A program made the position numbers and the translations under genes. 64,000 nt of DNA from positions 96,001 through 160,000 of the forward strand of contig CAWFFU010000010.1 of assembly GCA_963815215.1 (NCBI GenBank). The letters are read 5' to 3'. Each line of letters begins with the position of its first letter. Position 1 is the stretch's first letter. Positions 11,803-22,420 of the stretch are shown here, in pieces. The notes beneath the pieces were generated by a model. That model was not told the DNA's origin, did not search any database, and was given only the letters and a program-made list of their open reading frames with translations. The stretch is from an uncultured Trueperaceae bacterium (GTDB lineage: Bacteria > Deinococcota > Deinococci > Deinococcales > Trueperaceae).

Positions 11803-11821
11803 GTCTGTCACCGTGTAGACT
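11803..11821. promoter_or_regulatory. Candidate operator and -10 box in the divergent lhp intergenic region
   Basis: Imperfect IR GTCTGTCAC-C-GTGTAGAC overlapping TAGACT. Confidence 0.3.
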
Positions 11822-11928
11822 ATGGCCCACGTCCGTCATGCATCAAGGCCGCGCACCCGGAACGTGCGCCGCGAGCGTGCATCGCAGCGGGGGCACCCGG
11901 CCGCGCCGGGGGTGCGGAGGAGTTCACT

Positions 11929-12879
11929 GTGGACGTCCAACGCGTGCACGTCATCGACTCCCACACGGCGGGCGAGCCCACCCGGGTGGTGATCGCCGGC
12001 GGCCCCGAGCTGGGGAGCGGCTCCATGGCCGAGCGCTTGGAGCGCCTGCGAAGAGATCACGACGCCTTCCGCTCGGCGGTCGTCAACGAGCCCCGCGGTT
12101 CGGACGTGCTGGTCGGCGCCCTGCTTCAGGAGCCGGTCGACCCCTCCGCGGCGGCGGGCGTGCTGTTCTTCAACAACGTGGGGATGCTGGGGATGTGCGG
12201 CCACGGCACCATCGGGCTGGTCGTCACGTTGCGCCACCTGGGGCGCATCGGCCCTGGCCGGCACCGCATCGAGACGCCGGTGGGGCCGGTCGAGGCGGAG
12301 CTGCATGACGACGGCAGGGTGAGCGTGCGCAACGTGCCCGCCTATCGCTACCGGAAGGCGGTGCCCGTGGAGGTGCCCGGGTACGGGCGGGTCCGCGGCG
12401 ACGTGGCGTGGGGCGGGAACTGGTTCTTCCTGACCGAGGACCACGGCCAGGCCGTCGAGGCCGGGCGCATCGACGAGTTGACGGAGTTCGCCTGGGCCGT
12501 GAGGCGCGCGCTGGCTGCGTCCGGCGTCGGCGGCGAGGGCGGCGCTGAGATCGATCACGTCGAGCTGTTCGCGCGCGCGGCGGACGTGGCGGACGACGCC
12601 GACGGCCGCAGCTTCGTGCTGTGCCCGGGCGGCGCCTACGACCGCTCGCCGTGCGGTACCGGCACCAGCGCCAAGCTCGCCTGCCTGCAGGCCGACGGCC
12701 GCCTGCGGCCGGGGGAGACCTGGCGGCAACAGAGCGTCATCGGCAGCCGCTTCGAGGCACGCTACGACCTCGACGCCGACGACCGGGTGATCCCAACGGT
12801 CACCGGCGAGGCGTTCGTGACGGCCGAGACCACCCTGCTGTTCGACGCGCGCGACCCGTTCCGCGAAGGCATCCGATGA
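11929..12879 (+). CDS. lhpA: 4-hydroxyproline 2-epimerase (proline racemase family)
   Basis: [47 protein letters not shown] (epimerase-type Cys pair); GGAGGAG RBS. Confidence 0.9.
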   Translation: MDVQRVHVIDSHTAGEPTRVVIAGGPELGSGSMAERLERLRRDHDAFRSAVVNEPRGSDVLVGALLQEPVDPSAAAGVLFFNNVGMLGMCGHGTIGLVVTLRHLGRIGPGRHRIETPVGPVEAELHDDGRVSVRNVPAYRYRKAVPVEVPGYGRVRGDVAWGGNWFFLTEDHGQAVEAGRIDELTEFAWAVRRALAASGVGGEGGAEIDHVELFARAADVADDADGRSFVLCPGGAYDRSPCGTGTSAKLACLQADGRLRPGETWRQQSVIGSRFEARYDLDADDRVIPTVTGEAFVTAETTLLFDARDPFREGIR

Positions 12880-14192
12880 GCCGGCGCGTCGTCGTCGTGG
12901 GCGCGGGCGTGGTCGGCCTGTTCAGCGCGCTGCACGCGCGTCGCGCCGGCTTCGAGGTGACGGTCGTCGACCGCGAGGGACCCGAGCGCGACACTACCTC
13001 CTACGGCAATGCCGGTCTGGTGGTACCCAGCCACGTGGTGCCGCTCGCCGCGCCGGGAGCGGTGGCGCAGGGGCTGAAGTGGATGTTCGACCCGGAGAGC
13101 CCCTTCTACGTGCGGCCCGCGCTCGACCCCGCGCTGCTCGCCTGGGGTTGGCGCTTCTGGCGCGCCTCGACGCCCGAGCGGGCACGCCGGGCGGGTCCGC
13201 TGTTGCGGGACCTGCATCGCGCCGGCAAGGAGGGCTATCGGGAGCTGGCCGACCGCCTCGGCGACCCCTTCGACCTGAAGGAGACGGGCGTGCTGGGGAT
13301 GACCGTGACGGAGGAGGGGCTGGAGGACGAGGCGCGGGTCGTGGCCCGGGCCATCACGCTGGGGATGGCCGCCCGCGTACTGAGCAAGGGTGAGGTCGAG
13401 GCGCTCCAACCGGGCGTACAGCTCGACGTCGTCGGCGGTGTCTACTTCCCCGAGGACGCCCGGCTCGACCCGGGCAAGTTGATGCGCGCGTTGCAGGCGC
13501 ATCTGGTCGAGCTCGGGGTGAGCTTCCGCTGGCGTGCGCCGGTCGATGGGCTGGCGGTCGAGGGCGACCGCGTGACCGGGGTACGGGTGACCGAGGCCGT
13601 CGACGATGGGGCGCCTGAGGCGGCCCCGGATGCGCTCCCGGGCCCGACCTGCCGGAGGACGACGATCGAGGCGGACGAGGTGGTGCTCGCCGCCGGGGTG
13701 TGGTCCGACGGGCTCGCCCGTGACGTGGGCCTGCGCCTGCCGTTGCGCGCCGGCAAGGGCTACAGCGTCACCCTCACCGATCCGCCGGAGCGTCCGTCCA
13801 CGCCTGCCCTCCTGTCGGAGGGGCGCGTCGCGATCACGCCGCTCGAGGGCGGCGTCCGCTTCGGCGGCACCATGGAGATCACGGGCGTGCGCGAAGGGGT
13901 CAGCGCGAGCCGCATGCGCGGCATCGTGAAGTCCGTGCTGCGCGCGTTCCCCGCATTCACGGCCGAGGCCTTCGCCGGCGCTCCGGTGTGGTACGGCTTC
14001 CGGCCGTGCAGCCCGGACGGGCTCCCCTACCTGGGGAGGGGGGGCCGCCTGTCCAACCTGATCGTCGCCACCGGACACGCCATGATGGGGGTGTCGCTGG
14101 CTCCCGTGACGGGCCGGCTGGTGGGCGAGCTGTTGGAGGGGAAGCGACCGAGCCTGCCCCTCGAAGCGCTCAGCCCCGACCGATACGCCTGA
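12876..14192 (+). CDS. lhpB: D-amino acid dehydrogenase, likely D-hydroxyproline dehydrogenase
   Basis: [44 protein letters not shown]-coupled to the epimerase. Confidence 0.78.
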   Translation: MSRRVVVVGAGVVGLFSALHARRAGFEVTVVDREGPERDTTSYGNAGLVVPSHVVPLAAPGAVAQGLKWMFDPESPFYVRPALDPALLAWGWRFWRASTPERARRAGPLLRDLHRAGKEGYRELADRLGDPFDLKETGVLGMTVTEEGLEDEARVVARAITLGMAARVLSKGEVEALQPGVQLDVVGGVYFPEDARLDPGKLMRALQAHLVELGVSFRWRAPVDGLAVEGDRVTGVRVTEAVDDGAPEAAPDALPGPTCRRTTIEADEVVLAAGVWSDGLARDVGLRLPLRAGKGYSVTLTDPPERPSTPALLSEGRVAITPLEGGVRFGGTMEITGVREGVSASRMRGIVKSVLRAFPAFTAEAFAGAPVWYGFRPCSPDGLPYLGRGGRLSNLIVATGHAMMGVSLAPVTGRLVGELLEGKRPSLPLEALSPDRYA

Positions 14193-14262
14193 AGGAGATC
14201 GCCGCGCCGAGCTGCGTGGCATCCGGTCGGGAGGTCCGACCGCGATCGGAAGGGAGAGACAC

Positions 14263-15252
14263 GTGAGCAAGGTTCGTTGGGGTGTTCTCGGCACGGCCAA
14301 CATCGGCATCGGCAAGGTGATCCCCGCCCTGCAGAAGAGTGGGCTGTTGGAGGTGAGCGCCATCGCGTCACGGGACCTCGGCAAGGCTCGGGCGGCGGCG
14401 GACCGGCTGCGCATCCCGAACGCCTACGGCAGCTACGAGGAGCTGCTGGCCTCGCCGGAGGTCGATGTCGTCTACATCCCGCTCCCCAACCATCTCCACG
14501 TGCCCTGGTCGATCCGCGCGATCGAGGCCGGCAAGCACGTGCTGTGCGAGAAGCCGATCGGCTTGAGCGCCGCGGAAGGCGAGCGCTTGCTGGAAGCAGC
14601 GCGCAGCCACCCGGAGCTGAAGGTGATGGAGGCGTTCATGTATCGCTTCCACCCGCAGTGGCTCGAGCTCAAGCGCATCGTCGACGAGGGAGGCATCGGC
14701 GAGCTGCGCACCATCCAGTCGTTCTTCTCCTACTTCAAGCTCGACCCGGACAACATCCGGAACATGCCCGACATCGGCGGCGGCGGGCTCATGGACATCG
14801 GCTGCTACACCATCTCGTTGTCGCGCTTCGTGTTCGGCGCCGAGCCCCGGCGTGTCGTCTCGACCGTCGAGTTCGACCCGGACCTGGGCGTCGACCGGCT
14901 CTCGTCGGCGATCCTCGATTTCGGTCGCGGGACCTCGACCTTCACCTGCAGCACGCAGCTCGCGCCCTACCAGGCGGTGAGCGTCTTCGGCACCGAGGGC
15001 CGGATCGAGCTGGAGATCCCGTTCAATGCGCCGCAGGACGGGCCCACCCGTCTGCGGCACGAACGCCACGGCGAGACGGTCGAGCGGGTGTTCGACCGCG
15101 TCGACCAGTACACGCTGCAGGGCGACGCCCTGTCGCGCGCCATCCTCGACGATGCTCCCGTGCCGACCCCCCTGGAAGACGCGGTGGCGAACATGCGCGT
15201 CATCGAGGCGGTGTTCGGCAGCGGTCGGTCGGACGGGTGGGTGGCGCTCTGA
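14263..15252 (+). CDS. Gfo/Idh/MocA oxidoreductase
   Basis: WGVLGTANIG, YIPLPNHLH, GKHVLCEKP, GGGLMDIGCY. Confidence 0.92.
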   Translation: MSKVRWGVLGTANIGIGKVIPALQKSGLLEVSAIASRDLGKARAAADRLRIPNAYGSYEELLASPEVDVVYIPLPNHLHVPWSIRAIEAGKHVLCEKPIGLSAAEGERLLEAARSHPELKVMEAFMYRFHPQWLELKRIVDEGGIGELRTIQSFFSYFKLDPDNIRNMPDIGGGGLMDIGCYTISLSRFVFGAEPRRVVSTVEFDPDLGVDRLSSAILDFGRGTSTFTCSTQLAPYQAVSVFGTEGRIELEIPFNAPQDGPTRLRHERHGETVERVFDRVDQYTLQGDALSRAILDDAPVPTPLEDAVANMRVIEAVFGSGRSDGWVAL

Positions 15253-15507
15253 GGCGGCGCCGGTCCGTGCGTGCGCCGGGTCGCTGAGCATCGGAACGGA
15301 CCGGCGCGCGCGCGGCCCGTGGAGTCCCCGGCCCCGCACTGAATCGGTGTTAGCATCGACGACGGAAATGAAAGCGTGTGCGTCGGTCGTGCGGGGAAGG
15401 GCGTGGCAAGAGTGCCGCGCGGGCGTGCCTGCCGGGGCGATCGGCGCGTGCGCCGTGAGGGCGTTGGCGAGCGCGACGAGCTGAGCGTCCACGGGAAGAG
15501 GGACCGC

Positions 15508-17421
15508 ATGGGCGAAGCGCCCGCGCAAACGACGAGCACGAGTTCGGTGCCCGACGCACCCACGCGATCGGCCACCACGGACGCCTCGGAGGACGATTCG
15601 ACCCGCGATCGCCACGCCCGTGGTACGGCCCCCGACACCATCGGGCCGCCCGGAGTCAGCCTCCGCCTCACGCTGTACGCGGTGCTGGTCGGCATCATCG
15701 CGGGCCTGGGCGCGGTCGCCTTCCGCGGCCTCATCGCGCTGTTCCACAACCTCTTCTTCTACGGCCGCATCAGCACCGTCTACGACACCTTGAAGCACGC
15801 GGCGGTCAGCCCCTGGGGCGTCGGCATCGTGGCGGTGCCGGTGGCGGGCGCGCTGGTGGTGGCGTTCCTGGTCAGGACCTTCGCGCCCGAGGCCAAAGGG
15901 CACGGGGTGCCCGAGGTGATCGACGCCATCTACTACAACGGCGGCCGCATCCGTCCCGCGGTGGCGGTGATCAAGGCGTTGGCGTCCTCGATCTCCATCG
16001 GGTCGGGCGGATCGGTCGGCCGCGAGGGTCCGATCATCCAGATCGGCGCCACCTTCGGGTCGGTGCTGGCGCAGTGGGCGGGGCTCCCCGAGTGGAAGCG
16101 CCTCACCTTGCTGGCCTCCGGGGCGGGCGCCGGCATCGCTGCAACCTTCAACACCCCCATCGGCGGCATCCTGTTCGCCGTCGAGATCATGCTGGTCGAG
16201 GTCAGCGCCCGCAGCCTGGTGCCGGTCATGATCGCGACCGGCGCAGCCAGCTTCGTCGGGCGCCTCTACTTCGGTGCCGACGCGTCCTTCTTGATCCCGT
16301 CGCTAACGTTGAACTCGGCCACCACCACGTCGCTGCCCGTGTACGGCGCGTACGCCGCGCTGGGGGTGTTGATGGGCCTGCTCGCCGTGGTCTACACGCG
16401 CTCGATCTACGCCTTCGAGGATCTGTTCGACCGCATCCCGGGGAGCTACTACCTGAGGCACGCCATCGGCATGGCGTTGGTGGGCGTCACCATGTACGTG
16501 CTGTACCGGACGGTGGGCCACTACTACATCCAGGGGGTCGGCTACGCCACCATCCAGGACATCCTCAACGGAGCGCTCACCACCACCTGGATCCTCTTGC
16601 TGCTGGTGGTGCTGAAGCTGCTGGCGGTATCGTTGACGCTCGGTTCAGGGGCCTCGGGCGGCATCTTCTCGCCGGCGCTGTTCATGGGGGCGGCGCTGGG
16701 GGCGGGGCTGGTGCAGGTAGGACACGCCGCCTTCCCGGAGCTGCTGGTGAGCCTGGCGGGAGGCGCCGTCATCGGTATGGCCTGCATGGTCGCGGCCAGC
16801 ACCGGCGCAGCCGTGACCTCGGTGGTGATGATCTTCGAGATGACGCGCGACTACAATGTCATCATCCCGCTGATCATCGCCGTGTCGCTGGCCTACGCCG
16901 TCCGTCGCTGGCTGCTGGCCGACAGCATCTACACCCTCAAGTTGACGCGCCGCGGACGGGTGATCCCGGCATCGATCCAGAGCAACCTCTACCTGATGCG
17001 CGACGCCCTCGAGCTGATCCAGGTTCCGTTCCTGAGCCTCGACGCCGGCACGCGCGTCGAGGCGCTGCGCAAGCAGGTCCACTTCGGCCAGCCGGTGCCG
17101 CACGTGGTGCTGGTGCGCAACGACAGGATCATCGGGATCGTCACGGCCGACACGCTGCGCCCGCGCCTGCGTAACGACGTCGGTTCCGGCGCCATGCCGT
17201 TGGTGGACCTGGCCGACGGGCACTACACGGTGCTGGAGGACACCACCCAGGTCGTCGACCTCATCGGGCGGCTACGGGCCGAGGCCAGCCGGGTCGCGGT
17301 ACTCGTCCACGGCGATACCGATCCGGTCGACCCCACCTCGGTGGTGGGCATCGTGTCGTGGGGCGACGTCATGCAGAACGCCAATCTGCCGGTCAACATG
17401 GGCCGCATCCGCAAGCACTGA
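15508..17421 (+). CDS. CLC (EriC) chloride channel/transporter with degenerate C-terminal CBS pair
   Basis: GHGVPE, GREGP, FNTPIGG, GGIFSP, FEMT, SIYT motifs. Confidence 0.9.
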   Translation: MGEAPAQTTSTSSVPDAPTRSATTDASEDDSTRDRHARGTAPDTIGPPGVSLRLTLYAVLVGIIAGLGAVAFRGLIALFHNLFFYGRISTVYDTLKHAAVSPWGVGIVAVPVAGALVVAFLVRTFAPEAKGHGVPEVIDAIYYNGGRIRPAVAVIKALASSISIGSGGSVGREGPIIQIGATFGSVLAQWAGLPEWKRLTLLASGAGAGIAATFNTPIGGILFAVEIMLVEVSARSLVPVMIATGAASFVGRLYFGADASFLIPSLTLNSATTTSLPVYGAYAALGVLMGLLAVVYTRSIYAFEDLFDRIPGSYYLRHAIGMALVGVTMYVLYRTVGHYYIQGVGYATIQDILNGALTTTWILLLLVVLKLLAVSLTLGSGASGGIFSPALFMGAALGAGLVQVGHAAFPELLVSLAGGAVIGMACMVAASTGAAVTSVVMIFEMTRDYNVIIPLIIAVSLAYAVRRWLLADSIYTLKLTRRGRVIPASIQSNLYLMRDALELIQVPFLSLDAGTRVEALRKQVHFGQPVPHVVLVRNDRIIGIVTADTLRPRLRNDVGSGAMPLVDLADGHYTVLEDTTQVVDLIGRLRAEASRVAVLVHGDTDPVDPTSVVGIVSWGDVMQNANLPVNMGRIRKH

Positions 17422-17443
17422 GGCGCCGGGCCACCGCCCGCGC

Positions 17444-18910
17444 TCAGGGCCGGAAGATCAACGCGCGCGAGTTGCCCGTGTCGGCCACCAGCAGCATGCC
17501 GTCGTAGACCTGGACGCCCTGGGGACCGGAGAGAGTGTCGGCGTCGGGCCCGGCACCGCCATTGGCCGCGGTGTGCGTGAGATCCGCCTGGCCGAGGACG
17601 CGGTCGGCGGCTTCGTGATCGGCCGTGGGGAAGCCGTTCCACACCAGCACCCGGTTGTTGCCTGTGTCGGCCACGAAGAGCTGGTTGCCGTTGGAGGTCA
17701 CCGACGAGGGGCTCGACAGCCCGGCCGCAGTGCCGGCCGGGGTCGCCGCGGCCATCGTGGCCTGTCCCAGCACGAGGTCGGCCGGCTGATCGTCGGTCGT
17801 CGGGAAGGTCGTCCAGATGAGCACGCGGTGGTTGCCGGTATCGGCCACCACGAGCCGGGTGCCGTCGCTCCACACGCCGCTCGGCGAAGCGAGCGTCCTG
17901 GCGGAGCGCGGGATGCCGGCATTGGCGGCGCACGACACGAAGTCGCTCTGGCCCAGCACGAGGTCGGCGGGGGTGCCGCTCGCCGTGGGCACGCTGTCCC
18001 AGATCAGCACGCGGTGGTTGCCGGTATCGGCCACGATGAGCTTGCCGCCGACGACGAAGGCGGCCTTCGGGGCTCGGAGCCGATCCGCGAGGCAGCGGGT
18101 GCCGCCGCTCGAGTACAGACCGGACTGACCCACGGCTACGGTCGCAGCCGCGTGCGTGAGGGTGGGTGCACCGTTGTAGATCAGCACGCGGTCGTTGCCG
18201 GTGTCGGCGACGATGAGGTCGCCTCCGGACGCTGCCACGCCGGCCGGGGATGCGAGCGACGTGGCACTGATGGGCCCTGGCATGTTGCCCGTCCATAGGG
18301 TCTGCCCGAGCAGGATGCTGAACAGCGCGCCCGACGAGGTCGGAACGGACCCGTACCCCACCACCCGGTGGTTCCCCGTGTCCGGGAGGTAGAGCTTGCC
18401 GTCGACGAACGCGGGCGCGCCGGCCGGTGCGCTCATCGTGGACGGGGTGGCGGAGGGAAGCGACGCGGTGAAGCTCGTCTGTCCCATCACCAGCGTGGCG
18501 GGCTCGCCGTTGCTGAAGCTCAGGAACGGGTAGTCCAGGTGCAGCGTCGCCGTCGACGTCTCGCCCGACGCCGTGGCGCTGGCGACCAGCGTGTTGGTGC
18601 CGTCCTTGCCGAGCGTGACCGCGGTCGAGAAGGTCCCCGAGGTGGGGAGCGCGATGGGCACGGCGCTGCCGTTGAGCGTCAGGCTGAAGGCGCTGGGCAT
18701 GGCGCCGTGGAGGACGCCGCTCACGGTCACCGTACGCGAACCGACGATGCGCTGACCGTCGGTGTGCGAGGTGAAGGCCACGGTGATCGCCGGCCCCGGG
18801 AAGTCGCAGGCGGAGGGGACCAGGATCAGCAGCGTCCCGGCCAGCGCGATCAACAGGGGTCGCAGCGCGGTGCGCAGAGGCGCACGCGGATGGGTTCGCG
18901 GCAGCGGCAT
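17444..18910 (-). CDS. Lipoprotein with Ig-like domain and NHL-repeat beta-propeller
   Basis: Hydrophobic leader ending PSA-C; repeated LxVADTGNHRVLIW and ADLVLGQ; GGGGAGG RBS. Confidence 0.8.
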   Translation of the reverse strand: MPLPRTHPRAPLRTALRPLLIALAGTLLILVPSACDFPGPAITVAFTSHTDGQRIVGSRTVTVSGVLHGAMPSAFSLTLNGSAVPIALPTSGTFSTAVTLGKDGTNTLVASATASGETSTATLHLDYPFLSFSNGEPATLVMGQTSFTASLPSATPSTMSAPAGAPAFVDGKLYLPDTGNHRVVGYGSVPTSSGALFSILLGQTLWTGNMPGPISATSLASPAGVAASGGDLIVADTGNDRVLIYNGAPTLTHAAATVAVGQSGLYSSGGTRCLADRLRAPKAAFVVGGKLIVADTGNHRVLIWDSVPTASGTPADLVLGQSDFVSCAANAGIPRSARTLASPSGVWSDGTRLVVADTGNHRVLIWTTFPTTDDQPADLVLGQATMAAATPAGTAAGLSSPSSVTSNGNQLFVADTGNNRVLVWNGFPTADHEAADRVLGQADLTHTAANGGAGPDADTLSGPQGVQVYDGMLLVADTGNSRALIFRP

Positions 18911-19122
18911 GGCGTTCCTCCCCCGGGCACGTGCACCATGGCCCGTTGCGTCGATGGTAGCACCGCCCTCCGGGCCCCGTCGGGGCGCTCTTCTCAGCGC
19001 CGGGTCACGTGGACCCGCTAGGGTGGCTTCCATGCGGGATGCGGGGCGAGGCCCACGCGGGCGCGTTCGGCGCGCCGCAGGGAAGCGCCCGAGGACGATC
19101 CCGAAGGGAGCGACCACGCGCC

Positions 19123-20349
19123 ATGGACCGAGAACGCACGTTCGACCTCTACAGCCAGGACTTCAAGCGGGACGCCTACCGCACCTTCGCGGAGCTGCGC
19201 CAGCGCGAGCCGGTGCTCCACCAGTTGACGCTCGACGCCTCCACCGAGGGTTGGTTCGTGAGCCGCTACGCCGACGTCGAGGCCGCCCTGCGCGACGACC
19301 GGCGGCTGGTGCGCGATCCGGCCCTGGCCGGGGTCGCCTTCCCGACGTCGCCGCTCGACGACCTGCTGAACAACCACATGCTCACGCGCGACGGCGAGGA
19401 CCACCGCAGGCTTCGGGCGCTGGTCCAACAGGCGTTCACGCCGAAGCGGGTGGCAGCCCTGCGACCGCGGGTCCAGGCGCTCGCCGACGGTCTCATCGAC
19501 GAGGTCGTCGAGCGCGGCGCCATGGACCTGATCGGCGCCTTCGCCTTCCCGCTCCCGACCCTGGTGATCCTGGAGATGCTGGGCGTGCCGACGTCCGACC
19601 GCGACCGCTTCCGTGACTGGTCCAACGCCCTCATCACGCCCGTCCTCGACGCGGCAGGCGGCCAGCGGGCCTTCGAGCTGTTGACCCAGTTCACCGACTA
19701 TCTGGGTGAGCTGTTCGAGGTGCGTCGCCGCGAGCCCCAGGACGATCTGCTCAGCGCTCTGCTGGCGGCGGAGGAGGCGGGCGACCGGCTGCGGGAGAGC
19801 GAGCTGTTCAGCACCATGGTGCTGCTGATCGTCGCCGGCCACGAGACCACCGTCAACCTCATCGCCAACAGCGTGCTGGCGTTGCATCGCAACCCGGAGC
19901 AGCGTGCGCGGCTCGAGCGCGCGGTGGTCGGCGGCGACCCCAGCGCCATGCCGCGCGCCGTGGAGGAGCTGCTGCGCTACGACGGCTCGGTGGAACGCGC
20001 GTTGGTGCGCTGGGCGGTCGAGGACATCGAGATCGCCGGTCGCCGCATCCCGCGCGGCGACGGCGTCATCCTCATCCTGGGGTCGGCCAACCACGACCCG
20101 GAGCGCTTCGAGGCGCCCGAGCGCCTCGATCTCGAGCGCGAGGCCAACCCCCACCTCGGCTTCGGGAAGGGGCCGCACTACTGCCTGGGAGCGCCCTTGG
20201 CGAGGCTCGAGGCCGACGTGGCGCTGACGACGCTGCTGCGCCGCCTGCCGGGGTTGCGCGTGGCCGTTCCCGATGACGCTCTGAGCTACCGGCCCCTGCC
20301 GATGTTCAAGGCGCTCGAGACGCTGCCAGTGACTTGGAGCGCCGCCTAG
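19123..20349 (+). CDS. Cytochrome P450 (CYP107-like)
   Basis: AGHETT, EELLR, FGKGPHYCLG heme motif. Confidence 0.95.
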   Translation: MDRERTFDLYSQDFKRDAYRTFAELRQREPVLHQLTLDASTEGWFVSRYADVEAALRDDRRLVRDPALAGVAFPTSPLDDLLNNHMLTRDGEDHRRLRALVQQAFTPKRVAALRPRVQALADGLIDEVVERGAMDLIGAFAFPLPTLVILEMLGVPTSDRDRFRDWSNALITPVLDAAGGQRAFELLTQFTDYLGELFEVRRREPQDDLLSALLAAEEAGDRLRESELFSTMVLLIVAGHETTVNLIANSVLALHRNPEQRARLERAVVGGDPSAMPRAVEELLRYDGSVERALVRWAVEDIEIAGRRIPRGDGVILILGSANHDPERFEAPERLDLEREANPHLGFGKGPHYCLGAPLARLEADVALTTLLRRLPGLRVAVPDDALSYRPLPMFKALETLPVTWSAA

Positions 20350-20396
20350 GGTCCGACGTGTCGAGCCGTCCGGCCGGCGTCGGGTAGCCTGGGCCG

Positions 20397-21203
20397 GTGA
20401 TCGACCTACACACCCACCACCAACGTTGCGGCCACGCCGAGGGCACCCTCGAGGAGATGGCGCGCGCGGCCCACGCCGCCGGCGTCACCATCTTCGGCTG
20501 GAGCGACCATGCGCCGCTCTTCGCCGACGCCGACGACCACCCCAAGCCGGGGATCCAGATGGCGCGCTCCCAGTGGGACGGCTACCTCGCCGAGGCCGAA
20601 CAGCTGCGCGCCCGCCTGGGCCCCGAGCTCCCCGGGCTCGATCTGCGCATCGGGGTGGAGGCGGACTACCTCCCCGGCACGGAGACGAGCTACCGTTCCG
20701 CCCTCGACCGCTCCGAGCTCGACTACGTGCTGGGCTCGGTGCACGAGGTCGGCCCGTGGCACATCTTCAAGCCCGCCACGCTGACGAGCCTCGAGGACAT
20801 CGACGGCTTCCACCGCGGCTACTGGCGCGCGTTGCGCGACGCGGCGCAGAGCGGGCTGTTCGACGTGCTGTCCCATCTCGACGCCATCAAGGCGATGGTG
20901 CCTGCTGCCGAGGGCGACATGGCGCTGGAGATCGAGGCCACGCTCGATTGCATCGCCGACACCGGCATGGCGGTGGAGATCAACGGGTCCGGGCTCAGCA
21001 AGGCCGACGAGCTGTTCCCTTCGCCCGCCCTCGTCGAGGCGCTGGTGCGCCGGGACGTTCCCATCACGCTCGGATCCGACGCCCACCGACCGGCGCAGAT
21101 CGGGCGCGGCTTCGATGAGGCCAGCGTGCTCCTGGCACGACTGGGGCGCACTCGCGTGATCACCTTCCGAGAGCGCGAAGGGGCCTGGGTCGACCTCCCC
21201 TAG
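20397..21203 (+). CDS. PHP-family histidinol-phosphatase (HisJ/HisK-like)
   Basis: DLHTH, CGHA, SDHAP, GVEADY, GSVH, SHLD, GSDAH. Confidence 0.8.
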   Translation: MIDLHTHHQRCGHAEGTLEEMARAAHAAGVTIFGWSDHAPLFADADDHPKPGIQMARSQWDGYLAEAEQLRARLGPELPGLDLRIGVEADYLPGTETSYRSALDRSELDYVLGSVHEVGPWHIFKPATLTSLEDIDGFHRGYWRALRDAAQSGLFDVLSHLDAIKAMVPAAEGDMALEIEATLDCIADTGMAVEINGSGLSKADELFPSPALVEALVRRDVPITLGSDAHRPAQIGRGFDEASVLLARLGRTRVITFREREGAWVDLP

Positions 21204-21328
21204 AAGCCTCTCCCGGTCACCCACCGTGCCGGACCTTCCCCACGGCGCGGGTCGTTGCGCATAATGGCGGCACCCCGCGAGCCGGCTGCGCGAGGCGGCG
21301 GCGAGCGGGGCGAGAGGGGGAGGGGACG

Positions 21329-22183
21329 ATGGACGAGAGCATCCTGGGGGGCATGGGTTGGACGCGCGACCTGCCGGACGTGCGTGACTACCGTCTGGAC
21401 ACGCCCGAGATCGAGGCCGTGCTGGCGAGTTCGAAGCCGTTCGGCAAGGCTGGCAAGGGCGTTGCCGCCACCGTGGACCTGCGGGCCGCCTGCTCGCCGA
21501 TCGAGGATCAGGGGTCGCTCGGCTCCTGCACGGCGAACGCCGGCGTGGGTCTGTTGGAGTACTTCGAGCGTCGGGCGCACGGCAAGTACCTGGACGGCTC
21601 GCGCTCGTTCCTGTACAAGGCGACGCGCAACCTGCTCGGCTGGAAGGGCGACCACGGCGCCTACCTGCGCACCACCATGAAGGCCATGGCGCTGTTCGGG
21701 GTGCCGCCGGAGGCGATCCGTCCGTACGACATCGCCACCTTCGATGACGAGCCTCCCGCCTTCTGCTACGCCTTCGCGCAGAACTTCAAGGCGATCCGCT
21801 ACTACCGGCTCGATCCGGCGGGCACGCCCGGCACGGACGTCCTGACCGCCGTGAAGCGCAACCTGGCCGCGGGTCTGCCGTCGATGTTCGGCTTCACCGT
21901 CTACAGCTCCATGCCCGGCATCGGCCAGGGCTCGGGCGACATCCCCTACCCCCGACCCGGCGACGCCGTGAAGGGCGGGCACGCCGTCGTCGCGGTCGGG
22001 TACGACGACGCACACACGATCGGGGACGAGGAGGGCGCGCTCCTCATCCGTAACTCGTGGGGCGTGGGCTGGGGCGAGAAGGGCTACGGCTGGCTTCCCT
22101 ACCGCTACCTGGTCGAACAGGTCGCCGTCGACTTCTGGTCGCTGGTGCAGGCCGACTTCGTCGATACCGAGCTGTTCCGCTGA
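21329..22183 (+). CDS. Papain-like C1 cysteine peptidase
   Basis: DQGSLGSCTA, GGHAVVAVGYDD, RNSWGVGWGEKGY. Confidence 0.92.
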   Translation: MDESILGGMGWTRDLPDVRDYRLDTPEIEAVLASSKPFGKAGKGVAATVDLRAACSPIEDQGSLGSCTANAGVGLLEYFERRAHGKYLDGSRSFLYKATRNLLGWKGDHGAYLRTTMKAMALFGVPPEAIRPYDIATFDDEPPAFCYAFAQNFKAIRYYRLDPAGTPGTDVLTAVKRNLAAGLPSMFGFTVYSSMPGIGQGSGDIPYPRPGDAVKGGHAVVAVGYDDAHTIGDEEGALLIRNSWGVGWGEKGYGWLPYRYLVEQVAVDFWSLVQADFVDTELFR

Positions 22184-22268
22184 CGCGCGCCTGATCGCGC
22201 CGCATCATGCCTTCGAGCGCCCGCGGCCGCCCGGCGGCCGTCACGGTGCGTCGATCGCGTGGCGGCCG

Positions 22269-22316
22269 ACAACCCCCCGTTTGGGGGATGTTCCGGCGTG
22301 AGCGCTCCGATATCCT
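22269..22316 (+). promoter_or_regulatory. Inverted repeat plus -10 box upstream of pilin cassette 1
   Basis: ACAACCCCC-CGTTT-GGGGGATGT (22269-22291) and TATCCT at 22311. Confidence 0.4.
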
Positions 22317-22420
22317 CCAGACTGCAAGTGCACGGACGACCGCGCCAGCCGTCACGTCGGGGCTGTCTCGATTGCGCGAGGGCGGTGTGGCGGTCGCCGA
22401 GTTCGGGGGTGAGCGACATC

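Noticed and set aside
15350..15507. Fluoride riboswitch before the CLC gene
   Set aside because: No proper GGnGAUGnnnUYCnCC...GCUGAUG match, and the protein lacks CLC-F signature motifs
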